DNA of 64,000 bases, taken from the NCBI GenBank assembly GCA_964035575.1, contig OZ037846.1, positions 744,001-808,000 of the forward strand, in the 5' to 3' direction. Shown here one piece after another: positions 1-10,894 of the stretch (within the stretch, counting starts at the first letter, position 1; every line of letters starts with the position of its first letter). The translations under genes were made by a program, and so were the position numbers. The notes beneath the pieces were generated by a model. That model had not been told where the DNA came from, did not search any database, and saw only the letters and a list, made by a program, of their open reading frames with translations. Origin of the DNA: Rhynchopus sp. YZ270_cl-10. Its lineage: Eukaryota.

Positions 1-228
1 ATGTCGGTACATTGTACCATGAAAATACATGAGAGATGTAGGTGACAAAGATGCAAGAATTATTTCATATACATTCTTTTATGAAAGAAGCAAAAAGCAG
101 ATCTGCACATAGACTATCGATCGCAGACATTCATTTAGTTCATCACAAAAGAGAATGAAATAATAAAAGCATAAATTGAAATAATCAAAATAGTATTCTT
201 ACAGAGGCATCACAGCAGAAGCATTCGC

Positions 229-3200
229 TCAGTCCAAAGAGGACCCCGATGCAGAGGAGTCACCGTAGTCAGAGTCTTCCTCCATAGGGGGCAACGGCGG
301 CAGTGTTGGCAGTGGTGGGAGGGGCGAGGGTGTGGCAGTGGCAGGTGCTCCAGAGGGAATCACAGCCGATCCAGTGGCAGGTACTGGTGATGCAACAGCC
401 GATCCAGTAGCAGGTGCAGGCGATGCAACAGCCGATCCAGTGGCAGGTGCGTATGTTGGAACAACAGCCGATCCAGTTGCAGGTGCTCCAGAGGGAATCA
501 CAACCGATCCAGTGGCAGGTGCGTACGTTGGAACAACAGCCGATCCAGTTGCAGGTGCAGGCGATGCAACAGCCGCTCCAGTTGCAGGTGCAGGCGATGC
601 AACAGCCGATCCAGTGGCAGGTGCGTACGTTGGAACAACAGCCGATACAGTTGCAGGTGCTGTCGATGCAACAGCCGATCCAGTTGCAGGTGCGTATGTT
701 GGAACAACAGCCGATCCAGTTGCAGGTGCAGGCGATGCAACAGCCGATCCAGTTGCAGGTGCAGGCGATGCAACAGCCGATCCAGTGGCAGGTGCAGGCG
801 ATGCAACAGCCGATCCAGTGGCAGGTGCGTACGTTGGAACAACAGCCGATACAGTTGCAGGTGCTGTCGATGCAACAGCCGATACAGTTGCAGGTGCTGT
901 CGATGCAACAGCCGATCCAGTTGCAGGTGCGTATGTTGGAACAACAGCCGATCCAGTTGCAGGTGCAGGCGATGCAACAGCCGATCCAGTTTCAGGTGCA
1001 GGCGATGCAACAGCCGATCCAGTTGCAGGTACTCCAGAGGGAACAACAGCCGATCCAGTTGCAGGTGCTGGCGATGCAACAGCCGATCCAGTGGCAGGTG
1101 CTCCAGAGGGAACAACAGCCGATCCAGTTGCAGGTGCTGTCGATGCAACAGCCGATCCAGTTGCAGGTGCAGGCGATGCAACAGCCGATCCAGTGGCAGG
1201 TGCGTACGTTGGAACAACAGCCGATCCAGTTGCAGGTGCAGGCGATGCAACAGCCGATCCAGTTGCAGGTACTCCAGAGGGAACAACAGCCGATCCAGTT
1301 GCAGGTGCTCCAGAGGGAACAGCCGATCCAGTGGCAGGTGCTGTCGATGCAACAGCCGATCCAGTGGCAGGTGCGTACGTTGGAACAACAGCCGATCCAG
1401 TTGCAGGTGCAGGCGATGCAACAGCCGATCCAGTTGCAGGTACTCCAGAGGGAACAACAGCCGATCCAGTTGCAGGTGCTGGCGATGCAACAGCCGATCC
1501 AGTTGCAGGTGCTGTCGATGCAACAGCCGATCCAGTTGCAGGTGCTCCAGAGGGAACAGCCGATCCAGTGGCAGGTGAGTACGTTGGAACAACAGCCGAT
1601 CCAGTTGCAGGTGCTCCAGAGGGAACAACAGACGATCCAGTTGCAGGTGCTGTCGATGCAACAGCCGATCCAGTGGCAGGTGCGTATGTTGGAACAACAG
1701 CCGATCCAGTGGCAGGTGCGTATGTTGGAACAACAGCCGATCCAGTGGCAGGTGCGTATGTTGGAACAACAGCCGATCCAGTTGCAGGTGCTCCAGAGGG
1801 AACAACAGACGATCCAGTTGCAGGTGCTGTCGATGCAACAGCCGATCCAGTGGCAGGTGCGTATGTTGGAACAACAGCCGATCCAGTGGCAGGTGCGTAT
1901 GTTGGAACAACAGCCGATCCAGTTGCAGGTGCAGGCGATGCAACAGCCGATCCAGTGGCAGGTGCGTACGTTGGAACAACAGCCGATCCAGTTGCAGGTG
2001 CAGGCGATGCAACAGCCGATCCAGTTGCAGGTACTCCAGAGGGAACAACAGCCGATCCAGTTGCAGGTGCTGGCGATGCAACAGCCGATCCAGTTGCAGG
2101 TGCTGTCGATGCAACAGCCGATCCAGTTGCAGGTGCTCCAGAGGGAACAGCCGATCCAGTGGCAGGTGAGTACGTTGGAACAACAGCCGATCCAGTTGCA
2201 GGTGCTGTCGATGCAACAGCCGATCCAGTGGCAGGTGCGTATGTTGGAACAACAGCCGATCCAGTGGCAGGTGCGTATGTTGGAACAACAGCCGATCCAG
2301 TGGCAGGTGCGTATGTTGGAACAACAGCCGATCCAGTTGCAGGTGCTCCAGAGGGAACAACAGACGATCCAGTTGCAGGTGCTGTCGATGCAACAGCCGA
2401 TCCAGTGGCAGGTGCGTATGTTGGAACAACAGCCGATCCAGTGGCAGGTGCGTATGTTGGAACAACAGCCGATCCAGTTGCAGGTGCAGGCGATGCAACA
2501 GCCGATCCAGTTGCAGGTACTGGTGATGCAACAGCCGATCCAGTGGCAGGTGCTCCAGAGGGAACAACAGCCGATCCAGTTGCAGGTACTGGCGATGCAA
2601 CAGCCGATCCAGTGGCAGGTGCGTATGTTGGAACAACAGCCGATCCAGTGGCAGGTGCGTATGTTGGAACAACAGCCGATCCAGTTGCAGGTGCAGGCGA
2701 TGCAACAGCCGATCCAGTGGCAGGTGCAGGCGATGCAACAGCCGATCCAGTGGCAGGTGCGTATGTTGGAACAACAGCCGATCCAGTTGCAGGTGCAGGC
2801 GATGCAACAGCCGATCCAGTGGCAGGTGCAGGCGATGCAACAGCCGATCCAGTGGCAGGTGCGTATGTTGGAACAACAGCCGATCCAGTTGCAGGTGCTC
2901 CAGAGGGAACAACAGCCGATCCAGTTGCAGGTGCAGGCGATGCAACAGCCGATCCAGTGGCAGGTGCGTATGTTGGAACAACAGCCGATCCAGTTGCAGG
3001 TGCTCCAGAGGGAACAACAGCCGATCCAGTTGCAGGTGCTCCAGAGGGAACAACAGCCGATCCAGTTGCAGGTGCAGGCGATGCAACAGCCGATCCAGTT
3101 GCAGGTGCTCCAGAGGGAACAACAGCCGATCCAGTTGCAGGTGCAGGCGATGCAACAGCCGATCCAGTTGCAGGTGCTCCAGAGGGAACAACAGCCGATC

Positions 3201-6200
3201 CAGTTGCAGGTGCTCCAGAGGGAACAACAGCCGATCCAGTTGCAGGTGCAGGCGATGCAACAGCCGATCCAGTTGCAGGTGCTCCAGAGGGAACAACAGC
3301 CGATCCAGTTGCAGGTGCAGGCGATGCAACAGCCGATCCAGTTGCAGGTGCTCCAGAGGGAACAGCCGATCCAGTGGCAGGTGAGTACGTTGGAACAACA
3401 GCCGATCCAGTTGCAGGTGCAGGCGATGCAACAGCCGATCCAGTTGCAGGTGCTCCAGAGGGAACAACAGCCGATCCAGTTGCAGGTGCTCCAGAGGGAA
3501 CAACAGCCGATCCAGTTGCAGGTGCAGGCGATGCAACAGCCGATCCAGTGGCAGGTGCAGGCGATGCAACAGCCGATCCAGTGGCAGGTGCGTATGTTGG
3601 AACAACAGCCGATCCAGTTGCAGGTGCAGGCGATGCAACAGCCGATCCAGTGGCAGGTGCAGGCGATGCAACAGCCGATCCAGTGGCAGGTGCGTATGTT
3701 GGAACAACAGCCGATCCAGTTGCAGGTGCAGGCGATGCAACAGCCGATCCAGTTGCAGGTACTGGTGATGCAACAGCCGATCCAGTTGCAGGTGCGTATG
3801 TTGGAACAACAGCCGATCCAGTTGCAGGTGCTGGCGATGCAACAGCCGATCCAGTGGCAGGTGCGTACGTTGGAACAACAGCCGATCCAGTTGCAGGTGC
3901 AGGCGATGCAACAGCCGATCCAGTTGCAGGTGCTCCAGAGGGAACAGCCGATCCAGTTGCAGGTGCAGGCGATGCAACAGCCGATCCAGTTGCAGGTGCT
4001 CCAGAGGGAACAACAGCCGATCCAGTTGCAGGTGCAGGCGATGCAACAGCCGATCCAGTTGCAGGTGCTCCAGAGGGAACAGCCGATCCAGTGGCAGGTG
4101 AGTACGTTGGAACAACAGCCGATCCAGTTGCAGGTGCTGGTGATGCAACAGCCGATCCAGTGGCAGGTGCTCCAGAGGGAATCACAGCCGATCCAGTTGC
4201 AGGTGCAGGCGATACAACAGCCGATCCAGTTGCAGGTGCAGGCGATGCAACAGCCGATCCAGTGGCAGGTGCGTACGTTGGAACAACAGCCGATCCAGTT
4301 GCAGGTGCAGGCGATGCAACAGCCGATCCAGTTGCAGGTACTCCAGAGGGAACAACAGCCGATCCAGTTGCAGGTGCTGGCGATGCAACAGCCGATCCAG
4401 TTGCAGGTGCTGTCGATGCAACAGCCGATCCAGTTGCAGGTGCTCCAGAGGGAACAGCCGATCCAGTGGCAGGTGCGTATGTTGGAACAACAGCCGATCC
4501 AGTTGCAGGTGCAGGCGATGCAACAGCCGATCCAGTGGCAGGTGCAGGCGATGCAACAGCCGATCCAGTGGCAGGTGCGTATGTTGGAACAACAGCCGAT
4601 CCAGTTGCAGGTGCTCCAGAGGGAACAACAGCCGATCCAGTTGCAGGTGCAGGCGATGCAACAGCCGATCCAGTGGCAGGTGCGTATGTTGGAACAACAG
4701 CCGATCCAGTTGCAGGTGCTCCAGAGGGAACAACAGCCGATCCAGTTGCAGGTGCTCCAGAGGGAACAACAGCCGATCCAGTTGCAGGTGCTCCAGAGGG
4801 AACAACAGCCGATCCAGTTGCAGGTGCAGGCGATGCAACAGCCGATCCAGTTGCAGGTGCTCCAGAGGGAACAACAGCCGATCCAGTTGCAGGTGCAGGC
4901 GATGCAACAGCCGATCCAGTTGCAGGTGCTCCAGAGGGAACAACAGCCGATCCAGTTGCAGGTGCTCCAGAGGGAACAACAGCCGATCCAGTTGCAGGTG
5001 CAGGCGATGCAACAGCCGATCCAGTTGCAGGTGCTCCAGAGGGAACAACAGCCGATCCAGTTGCAGGTGCAGGCGATGCAACAGCCGATCCAGTTGCAGG
5101 TGCTCCAGAGGGAACAGCCGATCCAGTGGCAGGTGAGTACGTTGGAACAACAGCCGATCCAGTTGCAGGTGCAGGCGATGCAACAGCCGATCCAGTTGCA
5201 GGTGCTCCAGAGGGAACAACAGCCGATCCAGTTGCAGGTGCTCCAGAGGGAACAACAGCCGATCCAGTTGCAGGTGCAGGCGATGCAACAGCCGATCCAG
5301 TGGCAGGTGCAGGCGATGCAACAGCCGATCCAGTGGCAGGTGCGTATGTTGGAACAACAGCCGATCCAGTTGCAGGTGCAGGCGATGCAACAGCCGATCC
5401 AGTGGCAGGTGCAGGCGATGCAACAGCCGATCCAGTGGCAGGTGCGTATGTTGGAACAACAGCCGATCCAGTTGCAGGTGCAGGCGATGCAACAGCCGAT
5501 CCAGTTGCAGGTACTGGTGATGCAACAGCCGATCCAGTTGCAGGTGCGTATGTTGGAACAACAGCCGATCCAGTTGCAGGTGCTGGCGATGCAACAGCCG
5601 ATCCAGTGGCAGGTGCGTACGTTGGAACAACAGCCGATCCAGTTGCAGGTGCAGGCGATGCAACAGCCGATCCAGTTGCAGGTGCTCCAGAGGGAACAGC
5701 CGATCCAGTTGCAGGTGCAGGCGATGCAACAGCCGATCCAGTTGCAGGTGCTCCAGAGGGAACAACAGCCGATCCAGTTGCAGGTGCAGGCGATGCAACA
5801 GCCGATCCAGTTGCAGGTGCTCCAGAGGGAACAGCCGATCCAGTGGCAGGTGAGTACGTTGGAACAACAGCCGATCCAGTTGCAGGTGCTGGTGATGCAA
5901 CAGCCGATCCAGTGGCAGGTGCTCCAGAGGGAATCACAGCCGATCCAGTTGCAGGTGCAGGCGATACAACAGCCGATCCAGTTGCAGGTGCAGGCGATGC
6001 AACAGCCGATCCAGTGGCAGGTGAGTACGTTGGAACAACAGCCGATCCAGTTGCAGGTGCTGGTGATGCAACAGCCGATCCAGTTGCAGGTGCTCCAGAG
6101 GGAACAGCCGATCCAGTGGCAGGTGCGTACGTTGGAACAACAGCCGATCCAGTTGCAGGTACTGGTGATGCAACAGCCGATCCAGTTGCAGGTGCGTATG

Positions 6201-6879
6201 TTGGAACAACAGCCGATCCAGTTGCAGGTGCTGGCGATGCAACAGCTGATCCAGTGGCAGGTGCTCCAGAGGGAACAACAGCCGATCCAGTAGCAGGTGC
6301 TGGTGATGCAACAGCCGATCCAGTGGCAGGTGCGTACGTTGGAACAACAGCCGATCCAGTTGCAGGTGCAGGCGATGCAACAGCCGATCCAGTTGCAGGT
6401 GCTCCAGAGGGAACAGCCGATCCAGTTGCAGGTGCAGGCGATGCAACAGCCGATCCAGTTGCAGGTGCTCCAGAGGGAACAGCCGATCCAGTGGCAGGTG
6501 CGTACGTTGGAACAACAGCCGATCCAGTTGCAGGTACTGGTGATGCAACAGCCGATCCAGTTGCAGGTGCTCCAGAGGGAACAGCCGATCCAGTGGCAGG
6601 TGCGTACGTTGGAACAACAGCCGATACAGTTGCAGGTACTGGTGATGCAACAGCCGATCCAGTTGCAGGTGTTCCAGTGGTCACAGGAACATAGTGTCCC
6701 TCAGTTGTGTCAGAGGCGTCACTGGAACTTGAAGATGAATACGATGCACCCGCGTCACCCGAGTCAGAGCTGCCATCCATTGGCGGCAGAGGTGTGGGTG
6801 ATGCTGAAGAAGTGGGCACCGCTGTAGCCATGCACAGCACAGGCATCGTTAGGCACAACAGAGTGAGCGACGTTGTCAT
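229..6879 (-). CDS. Secreted mucin-like Ala/Pro/Thr/Ser tandem-repeat protein (~2216 aa)
   Basis: Uninterrupted ORF. ATG at 6879 is followed by a hydrophobic signal-like peptide (MTTSLTLLCLTMPVLCMATA). About 190 copies of 11-12 aa units (PATGSAVASPA / PATGSAVVPTYA / PATGSAVVPSGA) follow. Unique N- and C-terminal flanks are in the same frame. Confidence 0.8.
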   Translation of the reverse strand: MTTSLTLLCLTMPVLCMATAVPTSSASPTPLPPMDGSSDSGDAGASYSSSSSSDASDTTEGHYVPVTTGTPATGSAVASPVPATVSAVVPTYAPATGSAVPSGAPATGSAVASPVPATGSAVVPTYAPATGSAVPSGAPATGSAVASPAPATGSAVPSGAPATGSAVASPAPATGSAVVPTYAPATGSAVASPAPATGSAVVPSGAPATGSAVASPAPATGSAVVPTYAPATGSAVASPVPATGSAVVPTYAPATGSAVPSGAPATGSAVASPAPATGSAVVPTYSPATGSAVASPAPATGSAVVSPAPATGSAVIPSGAPATGSAVASPAPATGSAVVPTYSPATGSAVPSGAPATGSAVASPAPATGSAVVPSGAPATGSAVASPAPATGSAVPSGAPATGSAVASPAPATGSAVVPTYAPATGSAVASPAPATGSAVVPTYAPATGSAVASPVPATGSAVASPAPATGSAVVPTYAPATGSAVASPAPATGSAVASPAPATGSAVVPTYAPATGSAVASPAPATGSAVASPAPATGSAVVPSGAPATGSAVVPSGAPATGSAVASPAPATGSAVVPTYSPATGSAVPSGAPATGSAVASPAPATGSAVVPSGAPATGSAVASPAPATGSAVVPSGAPATGSAVVPSGAPATGSAVASPAPATGSAVVPSGAPATGSAVASPAPATGSAVVPSGAPATGSAVVPSGAPATGSAVVPSGAPATGSAVVPTYAPATGSAVASPAPATGSAVVPSGAPATGSAVVPTYAPATGSAVASPAPATGSAVASPAPATGSAVVPTYAPATGSAVPSGAPATGSAVASTAPATGSAVASPAPATGSAVVPSGVPATGSAVASPAPATGSAVVPTYAPATGSAVASPAPATGSAVVSPAPATGSAVIPSGAPATGSAVASPAPATGSAVVPTYSPATGSAVPSGAPATGSAVASPAPATGSAVVPSGAPATGSAVASPAPATGSAVPSGAPATGSAVASPAPATGSAVVPTYAPATGSAVASPAPATGSAVVPTYAPATGSAVASPVPATGSAVASPAPATGSAVVPTYAPATGSAVASPAPATGSAVASPAPATGSAVVPTYAPATGSAVASPAPATGSAVASPAPATGSAVVPSGAPATGSAVVPSGAPATGSAVASPAPATGSAVVPTYSPATGSAVPSGAPATGSAVASPAPATGSAVVPSGAPATGSAVASPAPATGSAVVPSGAPATGSAVVPSGAPATGSAVASPAPATGSAVVPSGAPATGSAVASPAPATGSAVVPSGAPATGSAVVPSGAPATGSAVVPTYAPATGSAVASPAPATGSAVVPSGAPATGSAVVPTYAPATGSAVASPAPATGSAVASPAPATGSAVVPTYAPATGSAVASPAPATGSAVASPAPATGSAVVPTYAPATGSAVVPTYAPATGSAVASPVPATGSAVVPSGAPATGSAVASPVPATGSAVASPAPATGSAVVPTYAPATGSAVVPTYAPATGSAVASTAPATGSSVVPSGAPATGSAVVPTYAPATGSAVVPTYAPATGSAVVPTYAPATGSAVASTAPATGSAVVPTYSPATGSAVPSGAPATGSAVASTAPATGSAVASPAPATGSAVVPSGVPATGSAVASPAPATGSAVVPTYAPATGSAVASPAPATGSAVVPTYAPATGSAVVPTYAPATGSAVASTAPATGSSVVPSGAPATGSAVVPTYAPATGSAVVPTYAPATGSAVVPTYAPATGSAVASTAPATGSSVVPSGAPATGSAVVPTYSPATGSAVPSGAPATGSAVASTAPATGSAVASPAPATGSAVVPSGVPATGSAVASPAPATGSAVVPTYAPATGSAVASTAPATGSAVPSGAPATGSAVVPSGVPATGSAVASPAPATGSAVVPTYAPATGSAVASPAPATGSAVASTAPATGSAVVPSGAPATGSAVASPAPATGSAVVPSGVPATGSAVASPAPETGSAVASPAPATGSAVVPTYAPATGSAVASTAPATVSAVASTAPATVSAVVPTYAPATGSAVASPAPATGSAVASPAPATGSAVASPAPATGSAVVPTYAPATGSAVASTAPATVSAVVPTYAPATGSAVASPAPATGAAVASPAPATGSAVVPTYAPATGSVVIPSGAPATGSAVVPTYAPATGSAVASPAPATGSAVASPVPATGSAVIPSGAPATATPSPLPPLPTLPPLPPMEEDSDYGDSSASGSSLD
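330..6672. repeat. Coding minisatellite of 33/36-bp units
   Basis: Core ACAGCCGATCCAGT(T/G)GCAGGTG recurs throughout with a few alternative linkers. It includes an internal higher-order duplication with an offset of about 1752 bp. Confidence 0.97.
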
Positions 6880-7488
6880 TGTGCAGAATTGAGTATCTGT
6901 GTTGGTGTTTGGAGGTCGGTGTGAATACTGTGACAAACCCACTGTGACTGTTAGGGTGAACCACTACACCGTCACTGGGGAAACAATGGTCGTTGATACT
7001 GACACCTCCGACCCACTGTACGCCAAATGAAATATTGGAAGGCATTAAAAAGTACAGCAACCATGAAAGCCGAATGCTTCTCCTGCACACTGTGAAAAAA
7101 GAAGACTTTGTCTGGCTGGAAGAGCTCTCTGAGCAGGATGCGACTTGGTTTGTGCAGCATCAGCTCCTGATTTTCAAATGACCTAGTTGGAAGGGGTTAA
7201 AAAAAAGTACAGAAAATTTGAGTGAACACCTCTCCTGCACACAGTAAGGAAAGACGGACATTTTGTTTTGAAATATTCAGGTGAAGCGGGGGGAACTTTT
7301 TTTTTTTTTCTTTTTTGAAAACTTGGTTGTATTAGTGTAGCCACCCTAGAGTGTGCTCCACTATCTTTTTTTTTTTGTTTCTTTCAGCTGGAAGAGCTAT
7401 CTGAGCAGGATGGGAATTGATTTTTGTGCAGAACAAGATAACAACATCGGTAGATGTGTCACTTCTCTGACCTCGTGAGAGGGGGGGC

Positions 7489-9929
7489 CTAGGGGCCGTA
7501 ATGGCCTTAAGGAAGGGTGAAGCCAAACCACAAAAAACGGGAAAAACTACTTTTGACCAGGGGAAAATGCCAAAATCCACCTCAAAAACACCCTGGGACC
7601 CCCTGTCGGGCAAAAATTGGCACCAGAACCATGAAAAATGCAAAAAAAATGGTGAAATATGGTGAAATATGGTGAAATATGGTGAAATATGAGGTAAAAT
7701 GGGTGAGGGTTGGGAGGGTACTTTTTACAAATTTTCTGATCCCCCCCGTCTCCCCTCTTATGCACAAAACTGGCTAGATATGTTATGTGCCCCTCCCCCT
7801 CTTCCCCTTTCCCCTTGGTCTGTGCACTCTCAGTGTCTGCTTGTCCGATGGCGGGGTGTACGTCTCCGTGGCAATAGCCTTGGCAACGTCCTTCTTCAGT
7901 AGTGGCTGAGTAGCAGGGAGCCCCAATTTCTCATACTGTTCACGAAGCTCGTGGGATTTAAACTTCTTAGCGAGTCTGTTTTCCTCCGCCACCTTAGTGT
8001 CCACTGCGTGTATCCTCTTGTACACTTCTCGGATTGACTCCACAGGCTCCTTCTGTGCAGCAACTATGTCTTTCATTTTTAATGGGATGTGGGCCAATGA
8101 TTTGGAGTTGTATCCCCACATGGCCAGGCCGAGAACAGTGCATGGGTTCGTCTGATTCATGAGCCTGCCAGAGACCCAAGCAAGGTAGCCGTTAAACCCC
8201 TCGACATAGTCGTTGGTGCATGCGGTAGCGTTTCTCTGGGCTTCTGTGGCGTTCGAAGGCTGTGGCCAAGAAGAGAGGTAGCGGGTCCACGTTTCCTCCA
8301 TCTCTCTCGCAGTTTCCTTCAGGAGCTTCTTGAACTTCACGACGTTACCCTTTGTTGTGGCTATTGTTTTGGCCTGGGTAACGCCGAACAGCTCCTCAGA
8401 CACCCACTCAGGAAACACCCCCTTTTTCAATACAGAGATGAGCTCTGTAATGGCAGGGTACCCAACTTCTTCGGCGTACTTGGAGTTTTTAACTCCGTCC
8501 TTCTTCAGGTACTGCAATGCCTTCAGAAAAAAGGCATTCACAAGTGTGAGCACCGCAAGCACAAGGCGGGTTTCCCTGTCTTCGAGGAGGTGCTCCAGGG
8601 CATCATTCTCAATGGTGAGATGTCCCTTAGCCACCAAGTCCTTGTACCTGCCAGTGTGGTGCAAGATACGGGCAGCATTCGTACTAATGTACGCAAAACG
8701 GCTGCCGACTTCACGCTGCAGAGTGTGAGCGCGTTCGCGACTACGCCTCGACGAACAGGTAGCCGGGTTCTTGCATGGGGGAACATGCTCGCAGGCCATC
8801 TTAGGGGGCATAGTGATATCTGTACTCCTGACGTGAAGGGTGGAATGCGAGGGGAGGACACAAAAGGGAGGGAAGGATTTTTTTTTTTTTTGTGGCGGGA
8901 AGCAGGTTTGGTAAGCGTCCGAAAGTGTCCAAGCGTCTCTTGCATTGGGGTTTGGGGTGCATCCCTTAACGTACTTTCCCCGAAACATGGTGGGTTACAC
9001 CCCCCAGGAGGTGGCAGGATGACATGTGGGGGTCCTTGGAGGCCAACGACGTGTACTTACAACTTTAACTTGAAAAAAAATATGAAAAAATACGCAAAAA
9101 ACGCAGCAAAATCGGGCTAAAATTGGGCCTCGGAGCCCAAAAAACCCAAAAAAATGTCATATTTTCGACTGATAAAGCCCCAAAAACACATATAAACACC
9201 CTGATAACCCCAGAAAAATCATTTTGGGTGTGTTTTGGACACTTTAGATGACGCTACAGCACTTTGGGTGGTCATGCAACACATGCGGGGTATTTGAGGG
9301 AAAGGTGCGTTTTGCAACCGTTACGCAACCGTTACGCGATGCAAGAGTGGATTTTGGGGCGCATCCCTCGACGTACTTTCCCCCAAACATGGTGGGTTAC
9401 ACCCCCCATGAAGTGGCAGGATGACATGCGGGGGTCCTTGGAGGCCACAGACATGTACTTACAACTTTAAATTGGATTTTTTTTTGAAAAAAAACTCAAA
9501 AAAAACGGTAAAATTGGGCAAAAATGGGGCCTTCACGGCCTTTTGCCACAAAAATAAACCCATTTTCGACGAAATTTTCCCCAAAATCACATAGAAATAC
9601 CCATACAAACCCCAAAAAAATCGATTTGGGTGTGTTTTCGACACCTTAGACGACTCCAAGTCACTTTAAAGTTCCATGCAAGAGTAAGCCTTAAATCGGC
9701 CTTTTTCCGTAACATTTTTGTAACATGTTTTGGAGTCATTTTTTCAAAAAAAACCAAATTGTTTTTGTCCCTAAGTCGTCCATTGGTGGTTTCAGTGGGT
9801 TCTCTGACCTAGATCGTAGATCCCAGGGTGTACCCCGCCGGTTTTTTGCAGATTTATTAACTTTTTCCGGGAAAAAAGTGAAAATATTCAAAAAGCTTCA
9901 CCCTTCCTTAAGGCCATTACGCCCCCTAG
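7489..9929 (-). mobile_element. Mutator-like (MULE) TIR element, probably internally deleted
   Basis: 35-bp TIRs CTAGGGG(C/G)CGTAATGGCCTTAAGGAAGGGTGAAGC at 7489 and 9895-9929 (1 mismatch). Once the adjacent MITE is removed, the flanks read AGGGGGGGC / AGGGGGGGG (8 of 9 match). There are ~300-bp diverged direct repeats at about 8960-9260 and 9361-9660. Confidence 0.75.
7783..8811 (-). CDS. Transposase-like protein, C-terminal portion (342 aa)
   Basis: The ORF lies inside the TIRs. CTNDYVEGFNGYL resembles the TNxxE.fn motif around the catalytic Glu of Mutator/IS256 transposases. A SAP-like segment (SHELREQYEKLGLP...LKKDV) and a basic tail follow. The resemblance is by eye only. Confidence 0.55.
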   Translation of the reverse strand: MPPKMACEHVPPCKNPATCSSRRSRERAHTLQREVGSRFAYISTNAARILHHTGRYKDLVAKGHLTIENDALEHLLEDRETRLVLAVLTLVNAFFLKALQYLKKDGVKNSKYAEEVGYPAITELISVLKKGVFPEWVSEELFGVTQAKTIATTKGNVVKFKKLLKETAREMEETWTRYLSSWPQPSNATEAQRNATACTNDYVEGFNGYLAWVSGRLMNQTNPCTVLGLAMWGYNSKSLAHIPLKMKDIVAAQKEPVESIREVYKRIHAVDTKVAEENRLAKKFKSHELREQYEKLGLPATQPLLKKDVAKAIATETYTPPSDKQTLRVHRPRGKGKRGRGT

Positions 9930-9931
9930 AG

Positions 9932-10560
9932 CAGTGCTGTAAGAATACGTAAGAATACGTTGATTTTCGGAATTGTGGATACGGATACGTATCCGTATCC
10001 CTTGTTTTCATCACCTTAAAAAGCCACCCGCCCATTTACCCCATACCCCACCCAACATAAGACAAAACTCGGTACAGAGCGTGTGGGAGAGACAGCTGCG
10101 GGGTCTTGTTTGGCACGATGTTGCGGGGAGCTGGAGGACTGTGACTCTTGCTAAAACTTGCTGGACTGGGACTCTTGCTCGTACAGTGACTCTCTCACTT
10201 CACCCTCTCTGTCCTGACTCTCTCTCCACTCACGCCGCTCTGCTCACGGTGCCCCCTGCACTACCCCAACTCCACCGGGGTACTAGCGACAAGTGCGCCA
10301 TACTTGTCTCGTGTCCGAAAGCACTTGCCTTGAAAAAGAAGACAGAGGGCCTCGAGGCGAGTACTTCGCTGCTGTTGCACAGTGAAGGTGGGAAGCATCC
10401 CAACACACTTCAGACACTAGCCGTACTGTGTGACGCTGGGCGAGTGCCGCTGGTTGTGAGGACTCCCCTGTACTTTTTAACCTTACGTATTCTTACGTAT
10501 TCTTAGTAAAAAAAATGAAAAAGTGGATACGGATACGTATCCCGTATTCTTACAGCACTG
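9932..10560. mobile_element. hAT-like MITE
   Basis: 18-bp perfect TIR CAGTGCTGTAAGAATACG; 8-bp TSD CCCTAGAG at 9924-9931 and 10561-10568. Confidence 0.9.
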
Positions 10561-10894
10561 CCCTAGAGGGGGGGGGTCTGGGTGGTGGGGGGGGAGTGGG
10601 ATGGTGGAAGGTACTGTCTTTATTTTGTACTCAATGATTTCTGTTGTACCTTAAGCACCCACCTTTATGGGGTCTGGTACTCAATGTTTTCCAAACGGAA
10701 GGTACAGACGCAGTTCGCCCTCAGCCGCTAAGACCAACTTCTACCTAAATGGGCTTCCTGGGGACCTCTCATGGTATTCACTGTTAGAGGGAAGGAGGGG
10801 GGAAGAAGAAAAAGAGAAAAAGGCAATGAGACAGTATGCGCCTGACCCCTCATCCCTGAGAGGTAGAGCTGACTGCATGAGGGGAAGGGGGGAG

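Noticed and set aside
332..6827. Long alternative-frame and antisense ORFs (2120, 1959 and 1216 aa) over the mucin
   Set aside because: By-products of a stop-free repeat with unit lengths divisible by 3. Only the minus-strand ORF has a signal peptide and unique flanks at both ends.
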